This document shows, in pieces, positions 1 to 10,161 of a stretch of 64,000 nt of DNA. The stretch lies in NCBI GenBank assembly GCA_963814315.1, contig CAWFCG010000001.1:904146-968145 (forward strand). Direction: 5' to 3'. This DNA comes from an uncultured Chloroflexia bacterium. Lineage in GTDB: Bacteria > Chloroflexota > Limnocylindria > Limnocylindrales > CSP1-4. Position numbers and translations under genes: made by a program. Positions within the stretch are counted from its first letter, which is position 1. Every line of letters starts with the position of its first letter. The notes beneath the pieces were generated by a model. The model had not been told where the DNA came from and did not search any database. It saw nothing but the letters and a program-made list of their open reading frames with translations.

Positions 1-1
1 G

Positions 2-724
2 ACGGGATATGCGCTGGCCACCGCCATCGTGGGCATGGCCGCATTCATCGACCGCGTGCGCTTCGCCGGACCCGACGAACAGGGCATCGTGCTGGGCCCC
101 ATGGCGCTCTTCATGGCCATCGGCGCCTTCGCGTCCGGCTTCATGATGCGGCGCTTCAACGCCACCGCGGTCACACTCGTGGGTCTGGGCCTCAGCACCG
201 TCGGACTGCTGTGGCTCTCGACCACCCGCATCGACACGGATCTTTACGTTCCGGTGGCGTCACTTTCGCTCTTCGGCCTTGGCTTCGGGCTGACCGTCAC
301 GCCGCGTTCCATGGCCGCGGTCGAGGCCGCCGGACGCGCTGCGTTCGGTGCCGCGAGTGCCGCGGTCACCGTCGGGCGCATGGCCGGCATGGCCGTCGGC
401 ATGGCCATCCTGACCGCCTTCGGGACCACTCGGATCGACCAGGTCACGGTGGCCCTCAACGACCAGGTGTACCGTGACTCGATCCTGCCGGCGAACCTCG
501 TCGGCCAGCCCCTCGGCGACCCGTTGGTCCTCGATGCCATCGAGCGTTGGGCCTCAGCCGAAGCCGCCGAGGTATTGGGCCAGCTCTTCGTCGTGGCAGC
601 CATCGTGCTCATGGTCGCAGCGATACCGGCTTGGCTGATGCGGGAAGGCCGCAGTGAGCGTCCGACCGATGATGCGACCGGCTCGGAGCGGTCAGCACGC
701 CAGGAGATCCACGCTGGCTTCTGA
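2..724 (+). CDS. MFS transporter (DHA2/EmrB-like), C-terminal part; 5' end lies outside the window
   Basis: Frame open from base 2; several hydrophobic helices; GLGFGL motif; long loop before the last TM helix as in 14-TM MFS proteins. Confidence 0.8.
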   Translation, partial: TGYALATAIVGMAAFIDRVRFAGPDEQGIVLGPMALFMAIGAFASGFMMRRFNATAVTLVGLGLSTVGLLWLSTTRIDTDLYVPVASLSLFGLGFGLTVTPRSMAAVEAAGRAAFGAASAAVTVGRMAGMAVGMAILTAFGTTRIDQVTVALNDQVYRDSILPANLVGQPLGDPLVLDAIERWASAEAAEVLGQLFVVAAIVLMVAAIPAWLMREGRSERPTDDATGSERSARQEIHAGF

Positions 725-1568
725 CACGTATCTGCTGACCAGTGCGCAGGAGGCGTTCGGTCTGGCTCAGTCGTTCCTCGATGGGTGCCTACTGCTGGCG
801 AGCGACTTCGATGGCACGCTTTCGCGACTTGGGACCGACCCCTGGGCGGCGGCCATCATCCCCGCAGCCCAGCGGGCGCTGCGCCAGCTTGCCGCCCGCC
901 CGGACGTCCATGTCGCGCTCATCAGCGGCCGCACCGCTGTGGATCTGGCAGCGCGCGCCCGCGTCGGTGGCGTCAGCTACCACGGCGATCACGGCGCTGA
1001 ACGGGCTGATGCCCGTCGCGGTTTCCGGGTGGCAACGCTGGCGGTCGTGCGCGAGCCGGCCGACCCCACCACCGCAGCCATGGCCGAACGCCTCAAGGTG
1101 GAGGTCCCGCGAGCCGTTGACGAGACCTGGCTGGTGCTCGAGGACAAGGGTCCGGCGCTGACCTTCCACTTCCGCGCGGCTCCCGACATCGATGCGGCAC
1201 GCACGCGTGTGATCGACGCCGTCGATGCGGTCGACCCAAGCAGCGTCCTGTTCCGGGCCGGGGGCCGGCGGGCCTATGAGCTACGACCTGCCGGGGCCAC
1301 GACCAAAGGCGACGCCCTCGCGCGCCTCATCGAAGAGCATGCCCCTGACGGCGTCCTCATGCTGGGTGATGATCGACATGATGCCGGCGCCTTCGACGCG
1401 CTCCGGGCCGCCCGCCACGCGGGGCGGATCAGGGGGCTCGCGGTCGCGGTCGCCGGCCACGCCGACGTCACCCACGACGTCGCAGCGCATGCCGACCTGG
1501 TGCTGGCAGGACCCCGCGAGACGGCCCGGTTCCTGGGGCTGCTCGCCCGCCACCGCAGCCGAAGCTGA
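654..1568 (+). CDS. otsB: Trehalose-6-phosphate phosphatase (HAD IIB); true start probably downstream, near 710-735
   Basis: DFDGTL motif I, ISGR, GDHGAE, EDKGPALTFHFR, YELRP..TKG, LGDDRHD. Confidence 0.85.
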   Translation: MSVRPMMRPARSGQHARRSTLASDTYLLTSAQEAFGLAQSFLDGCLLLASDFDGTLSRLGTDPWAAAIIPAAQRALRQLAARPDVHVALISGRTAVDLAARARVGGVSYHGDHGAERADARRGFRVATLAVVREPADPTTAAMAERLKVEVPRAVDETWLVLEDKGPALTFHFRAAPDIDAARTRVIDAVDAVDPSSVLFRAGGRRAYELRPAGATTKGDALARLIEEHAPDGVLMLGDDRHDAGAFDALRAARHAGRIRGLAVAVAGHADVTHDVAAHADLVLAGPRETARFLGLLARHRSRS

Positions 1569-1580
1569 TGCGCTGGTGCG

Positions 1581-3104
1581 CTACAAGCGGGTCAGAGCGG
1601 CTGCCGCCACCTCGGTCCATTCAAGGATGGCCCCGGTCACCGGCGGGAACAGGCCGATGAGGATGGTGGCCGCGGCAGCCAGGAAGAGGCCTGTCTTGGT
1701 GAATGTGCCGATACTCACCTCTGGCGCGTCATCCTCGGGCTTGCGCATGTACATGTAGACGACGACGCGCAGGTAGTAGAAGGCAGCCATGGCCGCGTTG
1801 AGCATGATGAGCACCGCCAGCAGCGTCGTGCCGCCACCGACCTCCAGGGCGCTCAAGACGACCATGGCCTTGGCGAAGAAGCCCGCCAGCGGTGGGATGC
1901 CGGTGAGTGACAGCAGGAAGATGGTCATCAACAGGGCAGGGATGGCTGCCCGATAACCCAGCCCCGCGAACGTGGTGAGTTGGCTGGTGACACCGGGCCG
2001 CCGTTGCAGCGCCGCCACCACGGCAAACGCACCTAGGTTCATGAAGGCGTACGCGACGCTGTAGAAGAGCACCGCCTGGATGCCATCGGCAGCCACGGCC
2101 GGATCGTCGGCGGTGGCGAAGACGACCAGCCCGACCATGATGTAGCCGGTGTGCGCGATCGACGAGTACGCCAACATCCGTTTGATGTTGTCCTGACCCA
2201 TGGCCGCCAGGTTGCCCACCGTCATGGTGACCGCAGCCAGCACACCGATGATGAGTGCCCACTCTCCGCGCAGCGGCTCCAGCGCCTCCACGAAGAGTCG
2301 CAGGATAAGGGCGAAGGCCGCGACCTTGGGTCCGACCGAGAGGTAGCCCGTGACCGGGGTGGGGGATCCCTGGTAGGCGTCCGGCGTCCAGTAGTGGAAG
2401 GGCACCGCGGCGATCTTGAAGAGCACGCCCACCGTCAGTAACGCCAGGCCCAGGGCCAAGGCCAACGGCAGTGACTGGCTGCCGTCGAGGACCCCGCGCA
2501 GCGTCTCGGCGATCCCCGATACCTGGGTGCTGCCGGTGAAGCCCATCACGAACGCCAGCCCGAAGAGGAAGATGGCGCTGGAGAACGAACCCAGCAGGAA
2601 GTACTTGATGGCACCCTCGGTCGAGAGTCCATCGCGCTTGGCAAAACCGGCCAGGAGATAGCCCGGCAGCACCAGCAACTCCAGGCCCAGGAAGAGGATC
2701 AGCAGGTCCTGGCCACCGGCGATGAGCATGCCGCCGCTGATGGCGAACAACAGCGTGGCTGCGAACTCGGGTAGCGGCAGCTTGCGCGGCACCAGGTAAT
2801 CGGGTGCGAACAGCAGCGACAGCAGTCCGATGGAGATGAGCACGACGTCAAGGAGCGAGGTCATCGAGTCGCGCGTGTAGAGCGCCGGGTCGCCGATCGA
2901 ATGCGGCTCGCTGAACCCGCCGAAGTTCCATGGCGATGGTCCGATGACGATGGTGGCCACCAGCGCCACGGCCAGTCCACCAACGCCCACCGCCATGATG
3001 ATGTCGTCACGTCTGGGTAGGAACAGGTCGATGAGGATGATGCCCAGTGCCAGGCCGACCACGATGAGGAAGGGCAGCAGGGTCACCAGCGCGTCGCCGG
3101 TCAT
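1581..3104 (-). CDS. nuoN: NADH-quinone oxidoreductase subunit N
   Basis: EGAIKYFLLG, FKIAAVPFHYWTPDAYQGSPTP, KRMLAYSSIAH; last gene of the nuo operon. Confidence 0.97.
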   Translation of the reverse strand: MTGDALVTLLPFLIVVGLALGIILIDLFLPRRDDIIMAVGVGGLAVALVATIVIGPSPWNFGGFSEPHSIGDPALYTRDSMTSLLDVVLISIGLLSLLFAPDYLVPRKLPLPEFAATLLFAISGGMLIAGGQDLLILFLGLELLVLPGYLLAGFAKRDGLSTEGAIKYFLLGSFSSAIFLFGLAFVMGFTGSTQVSGIAETLRGVLDGSQSLPLALALGLALLTVGVLFKIAAVPFHYWTPDAYQGSPTPVTGYLSVGPKVAAFALILRLFVEALEPLRGEWALIIGVLAAVTMTVGNLAAMGQDNIKRMLAYSSIAHTGYIMVGLVVFATADDPAVAADGIQAVLFYSVAYAFMNLGAFAVVAALQRRPGVTSQLTTFAGLGYRAAIPALLMTIFLLSLTGIPPLAGFFAKAMVVLSALEVGGGTTLLAVLIMLNAAMAAFYYLRVVVYMYMRKPEDDAPEVSIGTFTKTGLFLAAAATILIGLFPPVTGAILEWTEVAAAALTRL

Positions 3105-4687
3105 GGCAACAGCCCCGTGGCGGCGCTCGCGACCGCGTCAGCGGCCTGGTCGATGACCGCCAGCACCCCAGCTACCGGCGAGGCGGTGAGGTCGAGCACC
3201 AACGCCGGAACGAGGCCCAGCACCACCGTCAGCACTACCAAGGGCGCCAGCGTCGCGGCCTCGAGGGGGTCGACATCGGTGAGCTTGTGGCCGAGGCCCT
3301 TCAGGAAGTCGCTGACATCGCCCATGATGATGTTCTGCACCATGTAGAGCAGATACACGGCCGCGAAGATGATGGTGAAGGCGGCCACGTAGCCCACCCA
3401 CGGCTGCCACGTGACCGCGCCCAGCATGACCAGGAACTCGCCCACGAAGCCGGCCAGTCCAGGCAGGCCCGCCGAGGCCAAGCTGAAGAACACCATCAGC
3501 GTCGCCCACACCGGGATGCGCTGGCCCAGGCCACCCATTCTGGCGATGGTTCGGTCGTGGGTCCGCTCGTAGATGACGCCCACCAGGAGAAAGAGCGCGC
3601 CGGTGATGACGCCATGGGCGACCATCTGGAAGATGGCACCCTGGACGCCCTGCTCGTTGAGCACGAAGATGCCCAACGTGACGAAGCCCATGTGGCTCAC
3701 CGACGAGTAGGCGATGAGCCGCTTGAGGTCGCTCTGGCGGATGGCCACGATAGCGCCGTAGATCATGCCCACGACCGACAGCGCGATGATGAATGGCGCG
3801 AGGTCGACCGTTGCGTCAGGGAAGAGCGGCAGGTTCAGGCGGATGAGCCCATAGCCACCGAGCTTCAGCAGCACGCCCGCGAGGATGACCGAGCCCGCGG
3901 TCGGTGCTTCCGTATGCGCGTCGGGCAACCAGGTGTGGAACGGCCACATCGGAACCTTGATAGCGAAGGCCAGGAAGAAGCCCAGGAAGGCCCAGAACTG
4001 CAACGTCGGGTCGAAGCCGAACTCGACCAGCGTGGTGTAGTCGAAGGCGCCCTGCCATGTGCCAGTCGCCTGTGAGTAGGTCCAGGCGATCGACAGGATG
4101 GCCACCAGCATCAGCAATGAGCCGACCAGCGTGTAGATGACGAACTTGATGGTGGCGTAGATGCGGTTGGCGCCGCCCCAGATGCCGATGATCAGGTACA
4201 TCGGCACCAACACCACTTCCCAGAAGACATAGAAGAGGAAGAGGTCCAGCGACAGGAACACGCCCAGCATGCCCAACTCGAGCACGAGGAACGAGATCAT
4301 GTATTCGCGCACGCGCGTCTTGATAGGACCGAAGGAGGCCAAGATGCTGATCATCGTCAGCAACGTGGTCAGCAACACCAGCACCAGCGAGATGCCGTCC
4401 ACGCCGACCTTGTACTGGATGCCGAAGAAGCCGATCCAGTCTGCCACCTGGACGAACTGGAAGCCAGCCGCCTCGTTGTCGAAGGCCAGCGCTAGCACGA
4501 TCGACAGGACGAAGGCGACCGCCGCCGTGAGCAGTGCACCCCAGCGCATCGTGGTGTCCTGGCGTTCGGCGGAGACCTCCACCCGGAAGAGCCGCAGCAC
4601 CGGGAACGCCAGCAGCAGCACCAGCGCACCGACCAGTGGCGTGAAGATGATGAAGCTGAGGATGTCGAGACGTCCCAGGTCGATCAT
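3101..4687 (-). CDS. nuoM: NADH-quinone oxidoreductase subunit M
   Basis: FYVFWEVVLVPMY, AIKVPMWPFHTWLPDAHTEAPT, LKLGGYG, LIAYSSVSHMG. Confidence 0.97.
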   Translation of the reverse strand: MIDLGRLDILSFIIFTPLVGALVLLLAFPVLRLFRVEVSAERQDTTMRWGALLTAAVAFVLSIVLALAFDNEAAGFQFVQVADWIGFFGIQYKVGVDGISLVLVLLTTLLTMISILASFGPIKTRVREYMISFLVLELGMLGVFLSLDLFLFYVFWEVVLVPMYLIIGIWGGANRIYATIKFVIYTLVGSLLMLVAILSIAWTYSQATGTWQGAFDYTTLVEFGFDPTLQFWAFLGFFLAFAIKVPMWPFHTWLPDAHTEAPTAGSVILAGVLLKLGGYGLIRLNLPLFPDATVDLAPFIIALSVVGMIYGAIVAIRQSDLKRLIAYSSVSHMGFVTLGIFVLNEQGVQGAIFQMVAHGVITGALFLLVGVIYERTHDRTIARMGGLGQRIPVWATLMVFFSLASAGLPGLAGFVGEFLVMLGAVTWQPWVGYVAAFTIIFAAVYLLYMVQNIIMGDVSDFLKGLGHKLTDVDPLEAATLAPLVVLTVVLGLVPALVLDLTASPVAGVLAVIDQAADAVASAATGLLP

Positions 4688-6699
4688 CAGCGTGCCATCA
4701 GCATGAAGAGGGCGGCCATGCCGACCAGGCCCAGAGCGATGCCCAGCGCATAATTCTGGACGCGGCCGGTCTGGATGCGGCGCACGTTGTCACCCACCGA
4801 CGTGGTCACGGCGCCGACACCGTTGACGATGCCATCGATGATCGTGACGTCGAACCACATCACGCCGTTGGCGACGGCGCCACCAAAGCGGTAGAAGATC
4901 AAGTGGTTGAGATCATCGAAGTACCACTTGTTGTAGGACGCGGTGTACAGGAAGCGTGTGAGTCGGTTGCGCCCGGCGATGGCATCGACATCCGCAAGGC
5001 GCGCCTTGCGGTTGAAGAAACCGAAGAACCAGATGCCCACCCCGATGCCAAGCGCGGCGACCGCGACCGAGGCCAGGATCAGCCCGCCATCGACGCCGAT
5101 GAGCTCGTACGCATGGTCATGGACGAGCAGGATCGCGTTGGCTTGGGCGAAGATCGGCTCCAGCCATTGCGTGATCTGGGCGTTGCCCAAAGGCAGGCCG
5201 ATGGCCAGGCCCAGGAAGATGGTCGGGATGACCAGCAGTAGCAACGGCACGGTCATCGAGCGCGGCGATTCGTGGATCCGTGGCTCCACCGCGGGGTCGA
5301 CATGGCTCTTTCCGTAGAAGGTCTTACCCATCAGACGGAACATGTAGAACCCGGTCATGGCCGCCACGATGATGCCGATCAGGAAGACCGGACCGTAACC
5401 GAAGATGAACGACTCGCCCAGGATGGAATCCTTGGAGAAGAAGCCGGCCAGTGGCGGGATCCCGGCCAGCGACAGGGCCGCGATGAGGAAGGTCCAATGG
5501 GTGATGGGAATCTTATTCCGCAGGTCACCCATCTTGTCCATGTCCTGCTCGCCATCGACGGCATGGATGACCGAGCCTGAGCCCAGGAACAACAGGCCCT
5601 TGGTGAAGCCGTGCGCCATGAGGTGGAAGATGGCCGCCACCCAGGCGCCGATGCCAAGGGCCGCGAACATGTAGCCCAGCTGGCTCAACGTCGAATAGGC
5701 CAGCACGCGTTTGATGTCTCTCTGGGTCAAGGCGATCGAGGCGGCCAGGATGGCCGTGAAGATGCCGATGCTCGCTACCAGCAGCATCGTCTCAGGCGCG
5801 GTGGCGAAGATGGGCGAGGTGCGGGCGATGAAGTAGACCCCGGCGTTGACCATGGTGGCGGCGTGGATGAGGGCGGAGACTGGCGTCGGGCCTTCCATCG
5901 CATCTGGTAGCCAGACGTGGAAGGGGAACTGGGCCGACTTGCCGGCCGCGCCAACGAAGAGCAGCAGCACCACGATGTCGCGTATCCACACGTCCGCGCT
6001 GTTCTCGAAGCCCATGAACGAATCCACCACGTTCATCGTGCCCGTCAGCAGGAAGACGCCGATGATGCCGACGATGAAGCCCTGGTCGGCGACGCGGTTG
6101 ACGAGGAACGCCTTCTTCGATGCCAGCGCCGGAGCCCGCCGCTTGTACCAGAAGCCGATGAGCAGGTAGCTCGACAGGCCCACCAGCTCCCAGGCCGCGA
6201 AGATGACCAGATAGCTGTCCGCCAGGACCAGCAGCAGCATGCTGAACATGAACAGATTGAGGTAGGCGAAGAAGCGCCAACGCGCGTCGTCATGTGCCAT
6301 ATAGCCGATGCTGTAGATGTGCACCAGCGCGCCGATCCAGGTGACCACGATGACCATCACCGCGGTGAGGTTGTCGAAGAGGAGGCCGAACTCGACCTGC
6401 AGGTCGCCCACCGGGATCCAGGTGTAGAGCGTCGCCCCGATGCGCTCGGGGTCGGCGGCCGTCAGCGACGAGAACGCCAGGGCGGTGGCGATGGCCGTGG
6501 CCGCCAGGACCGCGGTGATGGAGATGATCCAGGGTCGATGACCCAGGCGGCGACCGACCAGACCCGTGAGCAGGAAGCCGGCCAGCGGCAGCAGCAACAG
6601 CAGCAGCATCGCCACGACCTGGTAGTCCGACGCCTGCGTCAGCACAAGCGTCTCGGCGCCGTGGTCGGTGGCGGCCTCGGCGTTGAAGATTAGATCCAT
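4687..6699 (-). CDS. nuoL: NADH-quinone oxidoreductase subunit L
   Basis: WELVGLSSYLLIGFW, GKSAQFPFHVWLPDAMEGPTPVSALIHAATMV, QTGRVQNY. Confidence 0.97.
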   Translation of the reverse strand: MDLIFNAEAATDHGAETLVLTQASDYQVVAMLLLLLLPLAGFLLTGLVGRRLGHRPWIISITAVLAATAIATALAFSSLTAADPERIGATLYTWIPVGDLQVEFGLLFDNLTAVMVIVVTWIGALVHIYSIGYMAHDDARWRFFAYLNLFMFSMLLLVLADSYLVIFAAWELVGLSSYLLIGFWYKRRAPALASKKAFLVNRVADQGFIVGIIGVFLLTGTMNVVDSFMGFENSADVWIRDIVVLLLFVGAAGKSAQFPFHVWLPDAMEGPTPVSALIHAATMVNAGVYFIARTSPIFATAPETMLLVASIGIFTAILAASIALTQRDIKRVLAYSTLSQLGYMFAALGIGAWVAAIFHLMAHGFTKGLLFLGSGSVIHAVDGEQDMDKMGDLRNKIPITHWTFLIAALSLAGIPPLAGFFSKDSILGESFIFGYGPVFLIGIIVAAMTGFYMFRLMGKTFYGKSHVDPAVEPRIHESPRSMTVPLLLLVIPTIFLGLAIGLPLGNAQITQWLEPIFAQANAILLVHDHAYELIGVDGGLILASVAVAALGIGVGIWFFGFFNRKARLADVDAIAGRNRLTRFLYTASYNKWYFDDLNHLIFYRFGGAVANGVMWFDVTIIDGIVNGVGAVTTSVGDNVRRIQTGRVQNYALGIALGLVGMAALFMLMAR

Positions 6700-6705
6700 C
6701 AGCCG

Positions 6706-7017
6706 CTACTCCTTCATCGACGCGTACTCGTCGACGAGCGGCGTCCTGCGGATGCGGTAGATGGCGATGACGATGGCCAGGCCCACCGTGGCCTCACCGG
6801 CCGCCACGGCGATGACGAAGAGCGCGATGGTGGACGCCTGTGCCGCCAGCTCGGGCGTGAAAGCGCCGAAGGCGATGATCGACAGGTTGACCGCGTTGAG
6901 CATCAGCTCGATGGACATCAGCATGGCGATGGCGTTGCGCTTGGCCAGGAATCCGAAGGTGCCGATACCGAAGAGCAGCACCGACAGGACCAGGTACGCC
7001 TCCAGCGACTGGCTCAT
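6706..7017 (-). CDS. nuoK: NADH-quinone oxidoreductase subunit K
   Basis: MSIELMLNAVN, VAAGEATVGLAI; 103 aa. Confidence 0.96.
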   Translation of the reverse strand: MSQSLEAYLVLSVLLFGIGTFGFLAKRNAIAMLMSIELMLNAVNLSIIAFGAFTPELAAQASTIALFVIAVAAGEATVGLAIVIAIYRIRRTPLVDEYASMKE

Positions 7018-7550
7018 ACGTGGTCTTCCTCGTCGCGCCGGGCCAGATAGAGCCCGCCGATGATGGCTGCCAACAGCAGCACGCCCAGCACCTCGAAGGC
7101 GAAGATGTATTCGTCGAACAGCGTCAGCGCGACATCCCGTACCTGCGCCGCGTAGATCTGGCCGTTATGTGGCCAGTCGGTAAGCAGGACGGCGGCGATC
7201 ATGAGGCCCACCAGCAGCACGGCCGCGATGGCAGCCACCCACCACTGTCGCTGGAACACCAGTTTGGCGGGGCCGCGCTTGGTCGAAGTGATCATCACTG
7301 CGAACAGGATGAGCACGGCGATGGCGCCGATATACACCAGGACCTGGCTGATGGCCAGGAAGGGACTGCCCAGCAGGCCGTAGATACCGGCCAGCCCGGC
7401 AAACGACAGGATGAGCCACAAGGCTGAACGGATGACGTCCCGCCCCAGCACCACGAGCAAGGCCGAGCCCAGCATCACGCCGGCCAACGCCAGGAAGACA
7501 AGGTCGTCCCAGCGCCAGTCGAGATACGGAACCGTCTCCGGTAGCCCCAC
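7014..7550 (-). CDS. nuoJ: NADH-quinone oxidoreductase subunit J
   Basis: QVLVYIGAIAVLILFAVM, FEVLGVLLLAAIIG; GTG start at 7550 after GAGGGA (start corrected from the ORF track). Confidence 0.93.
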   Translation of the reverse strand: MGLPETVPYLDWRWDDLVFLALAGVMLGSALLVVLGRDVIRSALWLILSFAGLAGIYGLLGSPFLAISQVLVYIGAIAVLILFAVMITSTKRGPAKLVFQRQWWVAAIAAVLLVGLMIAAVLLTDWPHNGQIYAAQVRDVALTLFDEYIFAFEVLGVLLLAAIIGGLYLARRDEEDHV

Positions 7551-7566
7551 TCCCTCTGCGCCCCTC

Positions 7567-10161
7567 CTACTTGTGGTGGATGTGTGCCGCGCCATTGCCG
7601 GTCGCCCCGACAGTAGCGCCATCAGCTCCCGTGGTTGCCGTGCCGCCGGCACTGCTGGCCAGACCGGGCGGCAGCATGGGCAGCAGCCGCTGGTGCGGGA
7701 CGTCACGCCCGTCGGCTTGGGCTCGAGCGAGCCAATCACGCTCGCGGCGGACGTAGCTCAGCTCGGTATCTCGCTCCATGGCGGCCAGTGCGATGAGGTC
7801 GATCTGCGGTTCGGCGCGCAATTCATGCGCCAGCTCGAAGTCAGGCCCGCAGCGCAAGGCGTCGTAGGGGCAGGCATCGACGCAGATGCCGCACAGGATG
7901 CAACGCAATTCATCGACCTCGTACCGCTCCAGCACGCGCGGCTTGGGCATGAGCGCGCCGGTGGGACAAGTCTCGGCGCAACGGCCGCAGGACACGCACG
8001 GCGTGGTGTTCAGGCTCATGTCCAGCGGCGTGGTCACCAGCGTGTCGAAGCCGGTGCGCATGAAGTCATAGCAGGCCGCGCCGACGACCTCCTTGCAGAC
8101 GTTGGCGCAACGGCCGCAGTCGATGCAGCGTGATGGCTCTCGCAGGATGAAGGCGTGGCTGTCATCGCGGATGTAGTCGTGGTTGTAGCCGGTAAAGCGG
8201 TTCTCCTCGACGCTGCGGAAGGACAGACCGCTACGCTTTGGCTCGAGCGTCTGCAGCGTGGTGCCGTACTCGATACCCTGGCGGCGCAGATCGCAGAAGC
8301 CGATGGCCTCGCAGGTGCACTGCAGGCAGCGCGCCGACTCGCCCATGACCTCCTGCTGCGTATAGGGGATCTCGTACTCGATGTACGAGTCGTTCCGTTC
8401 CTCGGCCGGCATCGACTTCAAACGGATCCGGGGCTGCTTGACCTCGTCGGTGTAGGGCACGATGGAGAGGAACTCGGGCTGTGGCTCGGCCAGTGTCTGG
8501 CGCGTCCGGATCTCGGCGAGGTCCTGGCCCTGAAGATAGGCGTCGATGGCGTAGCTGGCGCGTCGGCCTTCGGCGACGGCCTCGACCACCGTGGCCGCTC
8601 CGGTGCGCACATCCCCCGCCCCGAAGACGCCGGCACGTCCGGTGCCGAAGGTGACCGCGTCGGCATCGAGCCGAGAGCGCTTGTTCTTCTCGATCCCCGC
8701 CGCGCCTTGATCGAGCCATGTCAGATCAGGCCCTTGGCCGATGGCCAGCAAGACGCGGTCACAGTCGATGATGAACTCGGTGCCTGCCACGGCCTGGGGT
8801 CGACGGCGGCCGGATGCGTCCGGTTCACCCAGCGCCATCCGTTGGAACTCGACCCCGGTCACCTTGTCGTTAGCATCACTAACGACTCGCGTGGGCGATG
8901 CCTGGAAGATCGCTCGAGCGCCCTCTTCGAGCATCTCGTGGACCTCACCTGCAGCCGGCATATCCTTCATGTCACGGCGATAGACCAGCGTGACCTCGGT
9001 GCAGCCCTGCCGGACCGAGGTTCGTGCGCAGTCCATGGAGGTGAAGCCGCCACCGATGACGACGACGCGCTTTCCCCTGTGGTCAGGGTAGGGGAGTCCC
9101 AGTGTGGCGATGCGGAGGTACTCAAGGCCGTCGATGACGCCGTCCGCATCCTCACCGGGGATGCCCAGCTTGTTGGTGTCATAGCAGCCGATGGCCACCA
9201 GGACCGCATCGAAGCCCTGGTTCTGAAGGTCGTCGATGCTGAAGTCGACTCCCAGCTCAGCGCCAGTGACGAGCTTGGCGCCCAGGCCCCAAACGGATTC
9301 GTACTCGGCCTCCAGGATCCGTTCCTTGGGCAGTCGGTACTCCGGGATGCCGTAGCGGAGCATGCCACCGGCCGCCGGGTCGCGTTCGAAGACGGTCACG
9401 GCATGGCCGTTGAGCGAGAGGTAATAGGCCGCTGACATGCCGCTGGGGCCGGAGCCGATGACGGCCACGCGCTTGCCCGTCGGTGGTTGTGGCTCGAACG
9501 GCGTGGGCGGCTTGGCGCCGGCTGCTTGTGCCTTCAGCACCTGGTCGCCGGCGTAGCGGTGGCTGTCGCGGATGGCGATGGCCTCCTCCACCTCGTCGCG
9601 GCGACAGTGCTCTTCACAAGGCGCTGGGCAGACGCGCCCGAGCACCGAAGGGAAGGGGATGGTGCGTTTGAAGATGCGCGCCGACTCGAGGAAATCGCCC
9701 TCGGTGTTGGCCTTCAGGAAGCCCGGGATGTCGATGTGGCTGGGGCACTTGTTCTGGCAGGGTGGCAGGCAGTAGGCGTTGTGGTCGCTGAAGATCAGCT
9801 CCAGGTTGGTCTTGCGGATCTGGCGCAGACGTGGTGTCTGCGTCCTCACCACCATGCCGGTTTCAGCCTCACGCGAGCAGGAGATGGTGGGCGTCTCTTC
9901 GCCCTCGACCTCGACCACACACATGCGGCAGGCGCCGAAACCCGGCAGCTTGGGCTCGTAGCAGAGCGTGGGCACCTCGATGCCGTGGTCTCGGCAGACT
10001 TCCAGGACGGTCTGTCCGACGCGGCCGGTCAGCGTGCGACCGTCGATTTCGATGCTGAACTCGGGTGCGACCTGACGGCGCTGCGGCGACTGCGTGGTCA
10101 GCAGGCGCTCGGCGGCCTCGTCGGGGGCGGGCGGGCTGGTCTGGGGCAGCGTGTCGGTCAT
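7567..10161 (-). CDS. Fusion: NuoG/HydA-type [2Fe-2S] domain + GltD/NfnB-like FAD/NADPH oxidoreductase + NuoG-type [4Fe-4S] motifs + C-terminal half of NuoI (StnC/SfrB-like)
   Basis: PTLC..GACRMCVVE..SC; PCQNKCP..GRVCPAPCEEHC; GSGPSG; GGGFTSMDCARTS; VYRR; RCLQCTC..C; CIDCGRCANVC; CVSCGRCAETCP; then YEVDELRCILCGICVDACP..DFELA. ATG at 10161 overlaps the nuoF stop. Confidence 0.9.
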   Translation of the reverse strand: MTDTLPQTSPPAPDEAAERLLTTQSPQRRQVAPEFSIEIDGRTLTGRVGQTVLEVCRDHGIEVPTLCYEPKLPGFGACRMCVVEVEGEETPTISCSREAETGMVVRTQTPRLRQIRKTNLELIFSDHNAYCLPPCQNKCPSHIDIPGFLKANTEGDFLESARIFKRTIPFPSVLGRVCPAPCEEHCRRDEVEEAIAIRDSHRYAGDQVLKAQAAGAKPPTPFEPQPPTGKRVAVIGSGPSGMSAAYYLSLNGHAVTVFERDPAAGGMLRYGIPEYRLPKERILEAEYESVWGLGAKLVTGAELGVDFSIDDLQNQGFDAVLVAIGCYDTNKLGIPGEDADGVIDGLEYLRIATLGLPYPDHRGKRVVVIGGGFTSMDCARTSVRQGCTEVTLVYRRDMKDMPAAGEVHEMLEEGARAIFQASPTRVVSDANDKVTGVEFQRMALGEPDASGRRRPQAVAGTEFIIDCDRVLLAIGQGPDLTWLDQGAAGIEKNKRSRLDADAVTFGTGRAGVFGAGDVRTGAATVVEAVAEGRRASYAIDAYLQGQDLAEIRTRQTLAEPQPEFLSIVPYTDEVKQPRIRLKSMPAEERNDSYIEYEIPYTQQEVMGESARCLQCTCEAIGFCDLRRQGIEYGTTLQTLEPKRSGLSFRSVEENRFTGYNHDYIRDDSHAFILREPSRCIDCGRCANVCKEVVGAACYDFMRTGFDTLVTTPLDMSLNTTPCVSCGRCAETCPTGALMPKPRVLERYEVDELRCILCGICVDACPYDALRCGPDFELAHELRAEPQIDLIALAAMERDTELSYVRRERDWLARAQADGRDVPHQRLLPMLPPGLASSAGGTATTGADGATVGATGNGAAHIHHK

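Noticed and set aside
7567-10161. [FeFe]-hydrogenase or formate dehydrogenase catalytic subunit
   Set aside because: No H-cluster motifs and no molybdopterin domain follow the Fe-S motifs.
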